Origin: Candidatus Sulfotelmatobacter sp.
GTDB taxonomy: Bacteria; Patescibacteriota; Microgenomatia; Levybacterales; UBA12049
Length of the DNA stretch: 63,608 nucleotides
Reading direction: 5' to 3'
NCBI GenBank assembly: GCA_035568375.1
Contig: DATMOG010000046.1
Coordinates: 1 to 63,608, forward strand
Notes under the pieces: model-generated
Seen by the model: the letters and a program-made list of their open reading frames with translations, nothing else
Told to the model about the DNA's origin: nothing
The model's database searches: none
Position numbers and translations under genes: made by a program
Part shown: in pieces, positions 48,009 to 55,818 of the stretch
Layout of the letters: each line of letters opens with the position of its first letter
How positions within the stretch are numbered: position 1 is the stretch's first letter

Positions 48009-48167
48009 ATGAAGAACCTTACACTAAAACGAATACTCAAACGGCACAAGGAAAACCCACAAGATCAAGACTTGCATCAGGTCATCGTGAATGACAACTC
48101 TGATGATAAAGAATTTGATGAGTTAGTAAAGGAAGCAACGAAGCATGAAGCGTTTGATAAGAAATAA
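48009..48167 (+). CDS. Candidate 52-aa acidic small ORF
   Basis: Below the track cutoff. ATG 4 nt after the stop of the hydrophobic ORF. MKNLTLKRILKRHKENPQDQDLHQVIVNDNSDDKEFDELVKEATKHEAFDKK. Confidence 0.25.
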   Translation: MKNLTLKRILKRHKENPQDQDLHQVIVNDNSDDKEFDELVKEATKHEAFDKK

Positions 48168-48256
48168 TTAACTTATTACATGATTATTAATGATCTATTA
48201 TGTCACATTGACAAATCGAGGCTAAAATAGGATAATGCGGATAAGGAGTGACTACT

Positions 48257-48589
48257 ATGGAAGCCAAAAATGATATACCAAAATTGCCCAGATTTATTAA
48301 AGTTGATGTAAAAAAGAGTTTAACGGGTAATTTGATTGCTGATTTGCCAGACCTTGATATTTTTACAGAAGCAAACGATTTAAATGAACTGTTTATTAAT
48401 GTAAATGATCTTATTTATACCTTTTATGATATTCCTAAAAAATACCACGATCAAATAAGATTTATTCCCAGTGACGCAACAATACAAGAATTAGTAGCTA
48501 TTTCTCGTGAGGAAAGGGTTAATAATTTAAGTCAATTCAAAGTGAATACTTTTTATGCAGGAGATTTGCACAAAAGTATCACACTATGA
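48257..48589 (+). CDS. HicB-like (UPF0150-type) antitoxin candidate
   Basis: AAGGAG 8 nt upstream of the ATG at 48257. FIKVDVKKSLTGNLIADLPDLDIFTEANDLNELFINVNDLI resembles the HicB N-domain. The stop overlaps the next ATG (ATGA). Confidence 0.45.
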   Translation: MEAKNDIPKLPRFIKVDVKKSLTGNLIADLPDLDIFTEANDLNELFINVNDLIYTFYDIPKKYHDQIRFIPSDATIQELVAISREERVNNLSQFKVNTFYAGDLHKSITL

Positions 48590-48837
48590 GCTCCTCTTTT
48601 GGCTCAAGAGAGCTTGCTGCTTGCCTTCTTTGTTTAGGTTTTAAAGAAGCATCTCAAACAGGATCAAGACACTTAAAATATTCTTCTCCAAATCCAGTCG
48701 AGAAAGGGAAAAGATCATTCATCACATTACTGCAAGGAAAAGCTTGTTATGATTCAATTATTTGCAGAAAATATATCAAACAAATAATGGCACTTGGTTT
48801 TACGAAAGAGCAAATCTCCAAATGTAAAATCTCTTAA
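48586..48837 (+). CDS. HicA-like toxin candidate
   Basis: SRELAACLLCLGFKEASQTGSRHLKY resembles the HicA (YcfA) motif R.l...L...Gw......GSH. Confidence 0.55.
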   Translation: MSSSFGSRELAACLLCLGFKEASQTGSRHLKYSSPNPVEKGKRSFITLLQGKACYDSIICRKYIKQIMALGFTKEQISKCKIS

Positions 48838-49734
48838 ATTTGTTGTAATAATAAATCAAACATCTGATCTGGAGTCTTCCGATTATTATACCTGAAACAA
48901 TATTCGTCCATATAGCTTTCAATATACTTTGAACTAACTTTTCTATACACACCTTTAATTCCTGGCTTGATCCGTCCCCAAAGTCCTTCGATATTATTGG
49001 TGTGAACCTTCCCTACAACATACGTCTTCCCGTGATTAACTGCATGATGATCGTATCCTAACTTATGGAGATTCTTATAACCCACAAACTCATCATGCAT
49101 AATAGTAGCGGTAGGATCATTTCTGTAGCTGTTCCATAAGAGCAATTCTTCCTGTTATCTCGATCTTCTTCATAACTACTTGTCCATTACGTTCTACCAT
49201 TCCCATAATAATATCTTTAGGCTTTTCGTTAAAATGAGGGACATACCGACGATTCTTACCAGCTCCACCAAAGAATGATTCATCTGTCTCAACGATCCCT
49301 TGTAACAAGCGACTATCACGTTTACCCATAAGAATACGAATTTGTTTTGCCATTCTCCATGCGGTTTTATATGTTACTCCGAGTTCACGCTGTAATTGTT
49401 TAGCTGAGATACCACCACGAGTAGCTGTCATAAGCCACATAGCGTAGAACCAATATTGTAAAGGCGTTGTTGTCTTCTCAAAGACTGTACCAGCGAGAGG
49501 GCTTACTTGATGACCACCACCGCATTGATAGACAGGGCGATTCTTCATCTTCTTAAATGATCGTCTTCGTTTGCATTCAGAACAAAATGGTTTGAACCCA
49601 TAACGAGTTGACATTATCTTATGTAAACATGCCTCGCTATTTGTATATGTGGCTAAAAATTCTTTTAATATCATAAGGCTATGATAGTCTATATTTATTA
49701 CGTTGTAAAGGGATATATGCCGCAATTTAAGCAT
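48833..49734 (-). mobile_element. IS1595-family insertion sequence with transposase split by a frameshift (likely inactive)
   Basis: ORF 49117-49734: zinc ribbon CSEC...CGGGH, HTH ISAKQLQRELGVTYKTAWRM, VETDESFFGG. ORF 48834-49145: HTNNIEGLWGRIK...CFRYNNR (ISXO2-like DDE C-terminus). The ORFs overlap in different frames at 49117-49145. A 9-10-bp inverted repeat, CTTAAATT(T)G, sits at 48833-42 and 49723-31. Confidence 0.7.
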
Positions 49735-49758
49735 AGTGTGAAGAGGTCAAAATAGTAT

Positions 49759-50613
49759 ATGAAGGATTTTTGGAAAATGATAATTTTAAATAGAGTCTAT
49801 CTCTTTACATCTGCATATAATCATTGTTATGCTTCTTCTATGCAACATCAATCATCTGTTTGTCTTGCGAGTCCTTTTCATGATCCGGAAGGGAAATTAT
49901 TGGAACTCCTACAAGAACAAGGTGATGCACTTATTAAATTATATAAAGGAAATGCTTTTATTAGTCTTTCAGCTACAACAAATCCTGCAGTAGTTTCTTT
50001 ATTGGAGCGACAAGGTTTTCATATACGAAAACAGACAAAAAGAGAAAATCCTTCAGTTGGTGCTAATTATTTAGCTGTTTTGAGAATGGCTACAAAAACG
50101 TCAAATAAATATATACATCTTGTAGATTTTGATAGAGCGCTTCATTGGATAAAACGATTCCCTCGGGAACTCCGGGATGTAATCACTATTTTGCCTACCT
50201 ATAAAGGGTATATGTCCTTTATACGGACACCCCGAGCATTCCAATCTCACCCACAAACGCAGCGTACGACAGAAACAATTATTAATACAGTTGCTTCAGA
50301 AGTCGCGGGCGTTACGGTTGATATTATGTCAGGCTCTTTTGGATTTCAAAAATCGCTTGCACAAAAAATTATTAAGGAGGCGAAGCGGAAAGATTATGGT
50401 ATTTATGCTGAAACACTTCTTATTGCTTTACGACATCGTTACTTAATTGCAACAATTGAAGTTGAAGGATTAGAATGGGAGACCCCAGATCAATTTAAAG
50501 TGAGTATACAGAAAGAAGGCTATACCGCTTGGCTTCATGAATTTGAATCATTACCTGAATGGAAAAAACGAGTAAAGCTTCTTGAAAATTCGGCGGATAT
50601 ACTTATACCCTAA
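49759..50613 (+). CDS. Hypothetical protein (probable start at ATG 49840)
   Basis: Long ORF. MQHQSSVCLASPFHDPEGK... with an HLVDFDRALHW (DxD-like) segment. Function not assignable. Confidence 0.5.
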   Translation: MKDFWKMIILNRVYLFTSAYNHCYASSMQHQSSVCLASPFHDPEGKLLELLQEQGDALIKLYKGNAFISLSATTNPAVVSLLERQGFHIRKQTKRENPSVGANYLAVLRMATKTSNKYIHLVDFDRALHWIKRFPRELRDVITILPTYKGYMSFIRTPRAFQSHPQTQRTTETIINTVASEVAGVTVDIMSGSFGFQKSLAQKIIKEAKRKDYGIYAETLLIALRHRYLIATIEVEGLEWETPDQFKVSIQKEGYTAWLHEFESLPEWKKRVKLLENSADILIP

Positions 50614-50908
50614 TAATTTTTATGCCTATATTTTGAACTTGCAGGTATACAAATTTTTTTAACGTACTCTTTTTTGTTACGATGTTTGTAGTTCAATAAC
50701 GCAATACGTACAGGGGTGTTTGCCCGCAAGTTTCGTTGCTGCCTCATGATGTGAATGAAAACTGTCGAACGACCACCCAGGGAGAATAACTATATTGATC
50801 AAGTTTGAGTTCACTCATTTCTATAAACTCATTATTTATACAAGATAGTTGTTTTGCAATGGATTCAACTAATTTTTACAAATATTTTTTGATAGAATAA
50901 ACACAATT

Positions 50909-51442
50909 ATGATAATAGATGGTTTGGACATGAAATATGTTATTGGATTTCCAATGACGAAAACTGAGATATTACTTATTAAACGTAATAAACATCCTTG
51001 GATTAATAAGTGGAATGGAGCAGGTGGAAAAATCGAGCAAGGAGAAAATGCAATGCAAGCTATTTATCGCGAGATTTTGGAAGAAACTGAAATTGACTTA
51101 AAAAAAAGTGAAACAAAATTTACTGGAATAGTGACATGGGATAGAAACAATGGTGGAGATAATAATACTGGAATGTATGCATTTATATCTCAATTCCATA
51201 GTAATCAACCATCGTGGAAAAAGGAAAAAATAATTGAAGAAGGAATTGTAGCATGGAAACCAATAGAGTGGGCATGTAATAAAAGTACTAAAGAAATTGC
51301 AGATACTGTTCCGTATTTTCTTCCACTTATGATGGTTTCAAAAAATCCGCAACGATACCACTGTATATTTCGTAATAATATAGTAAAGGAAGTAAAAGTT
51401 TTGCCTTTGCCGAAAGGTATTATTTCAGGAAAGTTCTTATAG
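50909..51442 (+). CDS. NUDIX hydrolase
   Basis: Nudix box GAGGKIEQGENAMQAIYREILEETEID (Gx5Ex7REUxEExGU). Confidence 0.8.
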   Translation: MIIDGLDMKYVIGFPMTKTEILLIKRNKHPWINKWNGAGGKIEQGENAMQAIYREILEETEIDLKKSETKFTGIVTWDRNNGGDNNTGMYAFISQFHSNQPSWKKEKIIEEGIVAWKPIEWACNKSTKEIADTVPYFLPLMMVSKNPQRYHCIFRNNIVKEVKVLPLPKGIISGKFL

Positions 51443-51598
51443 TAGATTCAAATTCAAGATGGGTATTTTAGATTGGTTAAGATCGCTTCCATCATTATAG
51501 TTTCAGTATTTTTTGAGTAATTATTTTCAACGGTAAGGACGATGCAAAATGAGGTTGGTTTTCTGTGCAGTGTTATAAAGAACTGGAGCATCAAGTAA

Positions 51599-52531
51599 AT
51601 GTCTGGTACACTAGTATATATGACAGGACACGAAGATATCAAGACTCAGCCCAACAGTGCTACCATTCATTATGTTATATCGAGAGATGGTACAAAGATT
51701 GGATATCGTCAATATGGTAAAGGTAAAGGTCTCGTACTGGTACAAGGAACCATGGGTTCAATTGAAAATTTTAGACAGCTAGCCGAAGAGCTAGCAAACG
51801 AGTTTACAGTATATGTTGCTGAACGTCGTGGCCGTGGTATAAGTGGATCTACTGGAAAAAATTATTCTATTCGAACAGAAGTTGAAGATCTCGATGCCTT
51901 ACTTGTTAGAACTGGCGCCCATTATGTTTACGGTCTCAGCTCCGGCGCAATTATTTCACTACAAGCAGCTCTAAAGCTGCCTAGCATCAAAAGGCTGGCT
52001 GTTTTTGAACCGCCACTTTTTATCAATAACACATTTCCTAAAGAGCTAGTAGATCGCTATGAAAATGAAATTGCCGAAGGCAAGGTTGCTGCTGCTCTAG
52101 TTAGCGCAATGTTAGCTGGGCAGTTTGGTCCACCGGCTATGAAATTTATGCCACGTTGGTTACTTATAGCTTTTACTAAAAAGATACTATCCGCCGAAGA
52201 AAAAGAAGGTTCAGGCGCGTATATCCCTATGAAAGATATTGCTTCAACGCTACATAATGATTTTCAAATAGTGGAGGCGATGAATGAAAAACTACAGACT
52301 TTCAAGGACATTAAGGTCAAACTGTTGCTATTGAGCGGTGACAAGAGCCCGACTTATCTGCAAACTGCAGTTGCGGGGTTAGCAAAACTTTTACCACAGG
52401 CAGAATATATTATTCTTCCAGGTCTTGGCCACTCTGCCTCTTGGAACTTTGACAAGCAGCGCAACCCCGATGGGGATCCCAAGGTAGTCGCAGAAAAGCT
52501 GCGTTATTTTTTCTCTGCATCTTCTCGTTAG
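51599..52531 (+). CDS. Alpha/beta-fold hydrolase
   Basis: Nucleophile elbow YGLSSGA (GxSxG), an HG-like oxyanion region, and C-terminal GLGHSA (catalytic His). Confidence 0.75.
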   Translation: MSGTLVYMTGHEDIKTQPNSATIHYVISRDGTKIGYRQYGKGKGLVLVQGTMGSIENFRQLAEELANEFTVYVAERRGRGISGSTGKNYSIRTEVEDLDALLVRTGAHYVYGLSSGAIISLQAALKLPSIKRLAVFEPPLFINNTFPKELVDRYENEIAEGKVAAALVSAMLAGQFGPPAMKFMPRWLLIAFTKKILSAEEKEGSGAYIPMKDIASTLHNDFQIVEAMNEKLQTFKDIKVKLLLLSGDKSPTYLQTAVAGLAKLLPQAEYIILPGLGHSASWNFDKQRNPDGDPKVVAEKLRYFFSASSR

Positions 52532-52805
52532 TGAAGTTAGAGAGAAGATTATTTTTTTGCTTCAATTTACGCTGATATATACCCTAGTCTTACTCGTGTT
52601 TAACCAGACAACGATAGTGTATTAAATCAGAATAAAAATAACGACTTCTCTGTTGGTTTAATAGCTATCTGGTGTCATATACAACACCGGAAAAGCTATT
52701 ATAACTGATCGGGGCTTATGTTATCGTTATAACAGTATCCTCGTTCAAAGCCACAGAAGTTGCCACAACTAATCTCAGTTATTAATTATGTTCACTTCCT
52801 TAGAA

Positions 52806-53177
52806 TCAACTCTCTTTATTCTTTTTTTTCCTATTTGTTATTATTTGTGAACCCCCATTGACAATGACACTTAGTACCATAAATACAATGACCGCGTAAT
52901 CTGGATCTACTGCTTTAAGATCATCACCTTCAATAAATAGCCAGATTATTTTTGTCGCGAGAGCTAAAATTAAAAATATCATAGGGAAAAATCTTGGAGT
53001 TTTGTTTCTTGCAAACAATGCCCAAAGAAGTGCAAGTAACGCTATACTAAAATAGATAATGTCATCAGCTTTATCAATCCATTCGTTTTCTTTGAAAAGT
53101 TCAAAAATCGTTGTAAGCAAAGCCAACGCAGGAAAGAGCGCCTTGGCACCCTTAATTGCCATTTTTTTAATCGTCAT
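52806..53177 (-). CDS. Hypothetical small membrane protein (4 TM)
   Basis: 123 aa. Strong SD AAAGGAGGTGAAAATTT before the ATG. Confidence 0.5.
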   Translation of the reverse strand: MTIKKMAIKGAKALFPALALLTTIFELFKENEWIDKADDIIYFSIALLALLWALFARNKTPRFFPMIFLILALATKIIWLFIEGDDLKAVDPDYAVIVFMVLSVIVNGGSQIITNRKKKNKES

Positions 53178-53644
53178 AAATTTTCACCTCCTTTCATATG
53201 TAATTATTAAACTGAATTGTGTCCTTTTGATAAAAGGAAGAATTTTATACGGTGAAGATACAAAAAAAGAGTAATTCTCCACGCAAAACTTTCGAAATAC
53301 CATAACTATACGATGTTTAACCAGCGCATTATTCAAGTTTTTCGAAAGACTACGAATAAGAAATTACTCTTATATAAAGATATACCTTACTAGGTATATC
53401 CTTTCGAAAGTGAATAAACACTTCCTAAATAGTTCTTTCAATAATAACTATAACTCTTTTTTTATGTACTGTCAAAAATTCCTTAGAAAGATTGAGGTTA
53501 TAAGAAGAAACACAGAGAGTTAGTTTGCTCTCCGAGCCTAGTCAATAGATTGTGCATACCTTAAGCATTAAGACAAAGATGAATGAAAATTGGCATATTG
53601 CCTACTCCTGCTATACTAAATTAGTGGTAACTAAGTTGATAGGT

Positions 53645-54055
53645 ATGAAAGCAAATAAAAATTCTTTACCGATAGAGAAGTCTCCCTCGCAAGAGATAGA
53701 TGACATAATCATGAAGTTGGCTGATTGGCGTGGTGAGAGGCTAGCACAGCTTCGCTTTTTAATCAAGCAGGCTGACGTTGATGTAATCGAGGAGGTGAAA
53801 TGGAAAAAGCCTTCGAACCCTGATGGAATTCCCGTATGGTATCATGATGGAATTATTTGCACAGGCGAAACGTACAAGAACCATCTGCGACTGACCTTTG
53901 CAAAAGGGGCATCTCTCAAGGATCCGAATCATCTTTTTCATACATACCGCGCCATGGTTATTCACGAAGGAGATAAAATTAACGAAACAGTGTTTAAAGA
54001 CCTCATCCACGCCGCAGTAGCACTCAATCTCAATGATAAGACCCCCGATGACTGA
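53645..54055 (+). CDS. DUF1801 (YdhG-like) domain protein
   Basis: LADWRGERLAQLRFLIKQADVDVIEEVKWKKP...HLRLTFAKGASLKDP pattern. I prefer the ATG at 53645 over the track's GTG at 53552. Confidence 0.6.
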   Translation: MKANKNSLPIEKSPSQEIDDIIMKLADWRGERLAQLRFLIKQADVDVIEEVKWKKPSNPDGIPVWYHDGIICTGETYKNHLRLTFAKGASLKDPNHLFHTYRAMVIHEGDKINETVFKDLIHAAVALNLNDKTPDD

Positions 54056-54099
54056 GGAAGTTATAGTATATTTTTTTAAATGAATATTCATTCCAGTTG

Positions 54100-54565
54100 T
54101 CACGATTTCAATAAGACTAATCAAAAATACTAGCATACCAAGCGAGTGTATGCTTTCCTGTAATGTGACTATTCTCTTGATTTTTTTCTTTTCAAAAAAA
54201 TGTAATGCTAATACTTTTTGATAGTTCAATGGCAGTTGCTGTAATAATCCTGAATAACTTTCTTAAAGAGGGTATCTAAAGATAAAAATGTATGTTTTTT
54301 TCGACGATAATAATTGCTGATTTCATTTGTCGCTATTTTATATACCCCAAGAAGAAAATGAAATATCACGCTATTCAAACATTCGCAATCCTTTCATTAC
54401 TGCATAAAAAATATCAGAAGTATTATCTTATGCTACTTGAAGATTACCTACCCTATGAAGGGTATACCTTGAAATCTTCAGATAATAGTCATCATATAGT
54501 TTGTCAAACGCGAGTGGGTCTGTTTGCGCTTTCTCAATAAGTTCTTTTTCTTCTTGTAAATCCAT
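54100..54565 (-). pseudogene. Decayed sigma-70/ECF-type sigma factor gene (in-frame stops plus frameshift)
   Basis: Own translation from the ATG at 54565: MDLQEEKELIEKAQTDPLAFDKLYDDYYLKISRYTLHRVGNLQVA*DNTSDIFYAVMKGLRMFE*RDISFSSWGI*. The +1 frame continues YKIATNEISNYYRRKKH (region 2). A region-4-like remnant, VLALHFFEKKKIKRIVTLQESIHSLGML, lies at about 54100-54215. Confidence 0.6.
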
Positions 54566-54661
54566 AAATAAATGCACTCCATGCAAAATGCATTATATCT
54601 ATAACGCAGGAAACATGAAAAGGTTGCATATGAGGATTCTTTTTGTCGAGCTTCTTTTTTT

Positions 54662-55072
54662 TCATTTTTTTACTATAATTCCCTCTCTGTTAGCGTAATC
54701 AAAAATTACCGTAAAGTGTTCAAAGAATCCCCTTTGTCCTACGATAGCATATCCATTATCAGAAAAGTCAGAAGTAAAGAGTACAGCCGCTTTAAAAGTT
54801 ATTCCATTAACCTCAATTTCTACTCCGGCAGAATAACCGACACAACTAACACCTTTTTTTACTCCACCAAAAGAAAAAGGTTTTAATCCTGATATATCAA
54901 TACCAAGTAGCTTTGCAACATCTGAATGAAAAATATTAAAATCTGATCCAGAATCAAGTAAAACTGCATAATTAACTTCTTTACCTTCATGTTTTAACTT
55001 GATATCTATAATAGGACGATAGTAGTTTCCTATTTTTTTATAGCTGAATTTATATCTAGGTTTTCTAGCCAT
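54662..55072 (-). CDS. Retropepsin-like aspartic protease
   Basis: Active-site LLDSGSD (D-S/T-G) and the flap/dimer motif AIVGQRGFF. Confidence 0.7.
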   Translation of the reverse strand: MARKPRYKFSYKKIGNYYRPIIDIKLKHEGKEVNYAVLLDSGSDFNIFHSDVAKLLGIDISGLKPFSFGGVKKGVSCVGYSAGVEIEVNGITFKAAVLFTSDFSDNGYAIVGQRGFFEHFTVIFDYANREGIIVKK

Positions 55073-55267
55073 TTATGGAGTTCCCACGAAGCCAATAATC
55101 TCACTAGGGACTTTAAACATTATAGGAGATTTATAACCTTTTTCAATAGCTTCTTTTTGAGCTACTTCTACATCTTCATTAAAGCTAATAACTGTTTTCC
55201 AATCATCTTTCAATGCTACCCATAAGCCTCTATATTTTTTATAAACTTTTGTTAAATCATTTTTCAT
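55073..55267 (-). CDS. DUF5678-like small protein, coupled to the retropepsin gene
   Basis: YRGLWVALKDDWKTVISFNEDVEVAQKEAIEKGYKSPIMFKVP. The stop abuts the next ATG. SD AGGAAGGA upstream. Confidence 0.5.
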   Translation of the reverse strand: MKNDLTKVYKKYRGLWVALKDDWKTVISFNEDVEVAQKEAIEKGYKSPIMFKVPSEIIGFVGTP

Positions 55268-55466
55268 AACATATCCTTCCTAAAAAAAATAACCCTTTCG
55301 GGCTAGCGTGGCGATTATATTACAAAATCAACCTAAATGCAATTATAACTCTGCAATGCCCACCTTATTATAATTTATTAGGTTTTATTAGGATTGTCAA
55401 GCATAGCTATTAGCCTTAATATGTCTTTTTTTTAGCCTCAAAGAGTATATCAAACCCAACTAAAAT

Positions 55467-55610
55467 TTAATTTAAAATTAAACATGATGTCAAGGGATAA
55501 GTGCCCCTTTTTGTATCTTTACCAAGACCTATTACTACAACAACTGCGGAAGTTACTCTAAATGCTTTAAAGTAGTTTGGTTCGGATTTTTCACCGTGGA
55601 GAATAATCAT
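55467..55610 (-). pseudogene. RloB-like (Toprim/OLD-associated) gene fragment
   Basis: Own translation: MIILHGEKSEPNYFKAFRVTSAVVVVIGLGKDT.... This matches the RloB N-terminal signature (CEGEKTEPNYF) and then terminates after 47 codons. Confidence 0.4.
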
Positions 55611-55818
55611 TTGGAAAAAGTATACAGGTTACGGCTAATGTAACGGCTATAAAGCGTGTCTCAAAAGGTCTTGTATAAACAGGAGTCGGTAGAAGTGGTG
55701 CTTTCAAATGAGCTAACAAAAGTAAAGATTACCAACCAACGACTTGTTGAGTGGATTCGTAAAGCGCTTAAAGAAGGTTATAAAGATAAAATTAAATCAA
55801 AACTATTTTAGCAGAGAA

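Noticed and set aside
50660-50830. Minus-strand fragments (MSELKLDQYSYSPW..., ...HHEAATKLAGKHPCTY...) suggesting another gene relic between 50613 and 50909.
   Set aside because: The fragments are short and in different frames, and they do not match any family I can name. The evidence is too weak to call a pseudogene.
52581-53331. Approx 31-nt similar segments (ATACC...TGTTTAACCAG) at 52584-52614 and 53299-53329 flanking the 123-aa membrane protein gene. These could be direct repeats of an insertion.
   Set aside because: Identity is only about 70% with an indel, in AT-rich DNA. There is no integrase or transposase, so this is compatible with chance.
53759-54229. 156-aa track ORF antisense to the DUF1801 gene.
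   Set aside because: Most of it is a shadow of the DUF1801 CDS. Only its first approx 40 codons carry meaning, as the region-4 remnant of the sigma-factor pseudogene.
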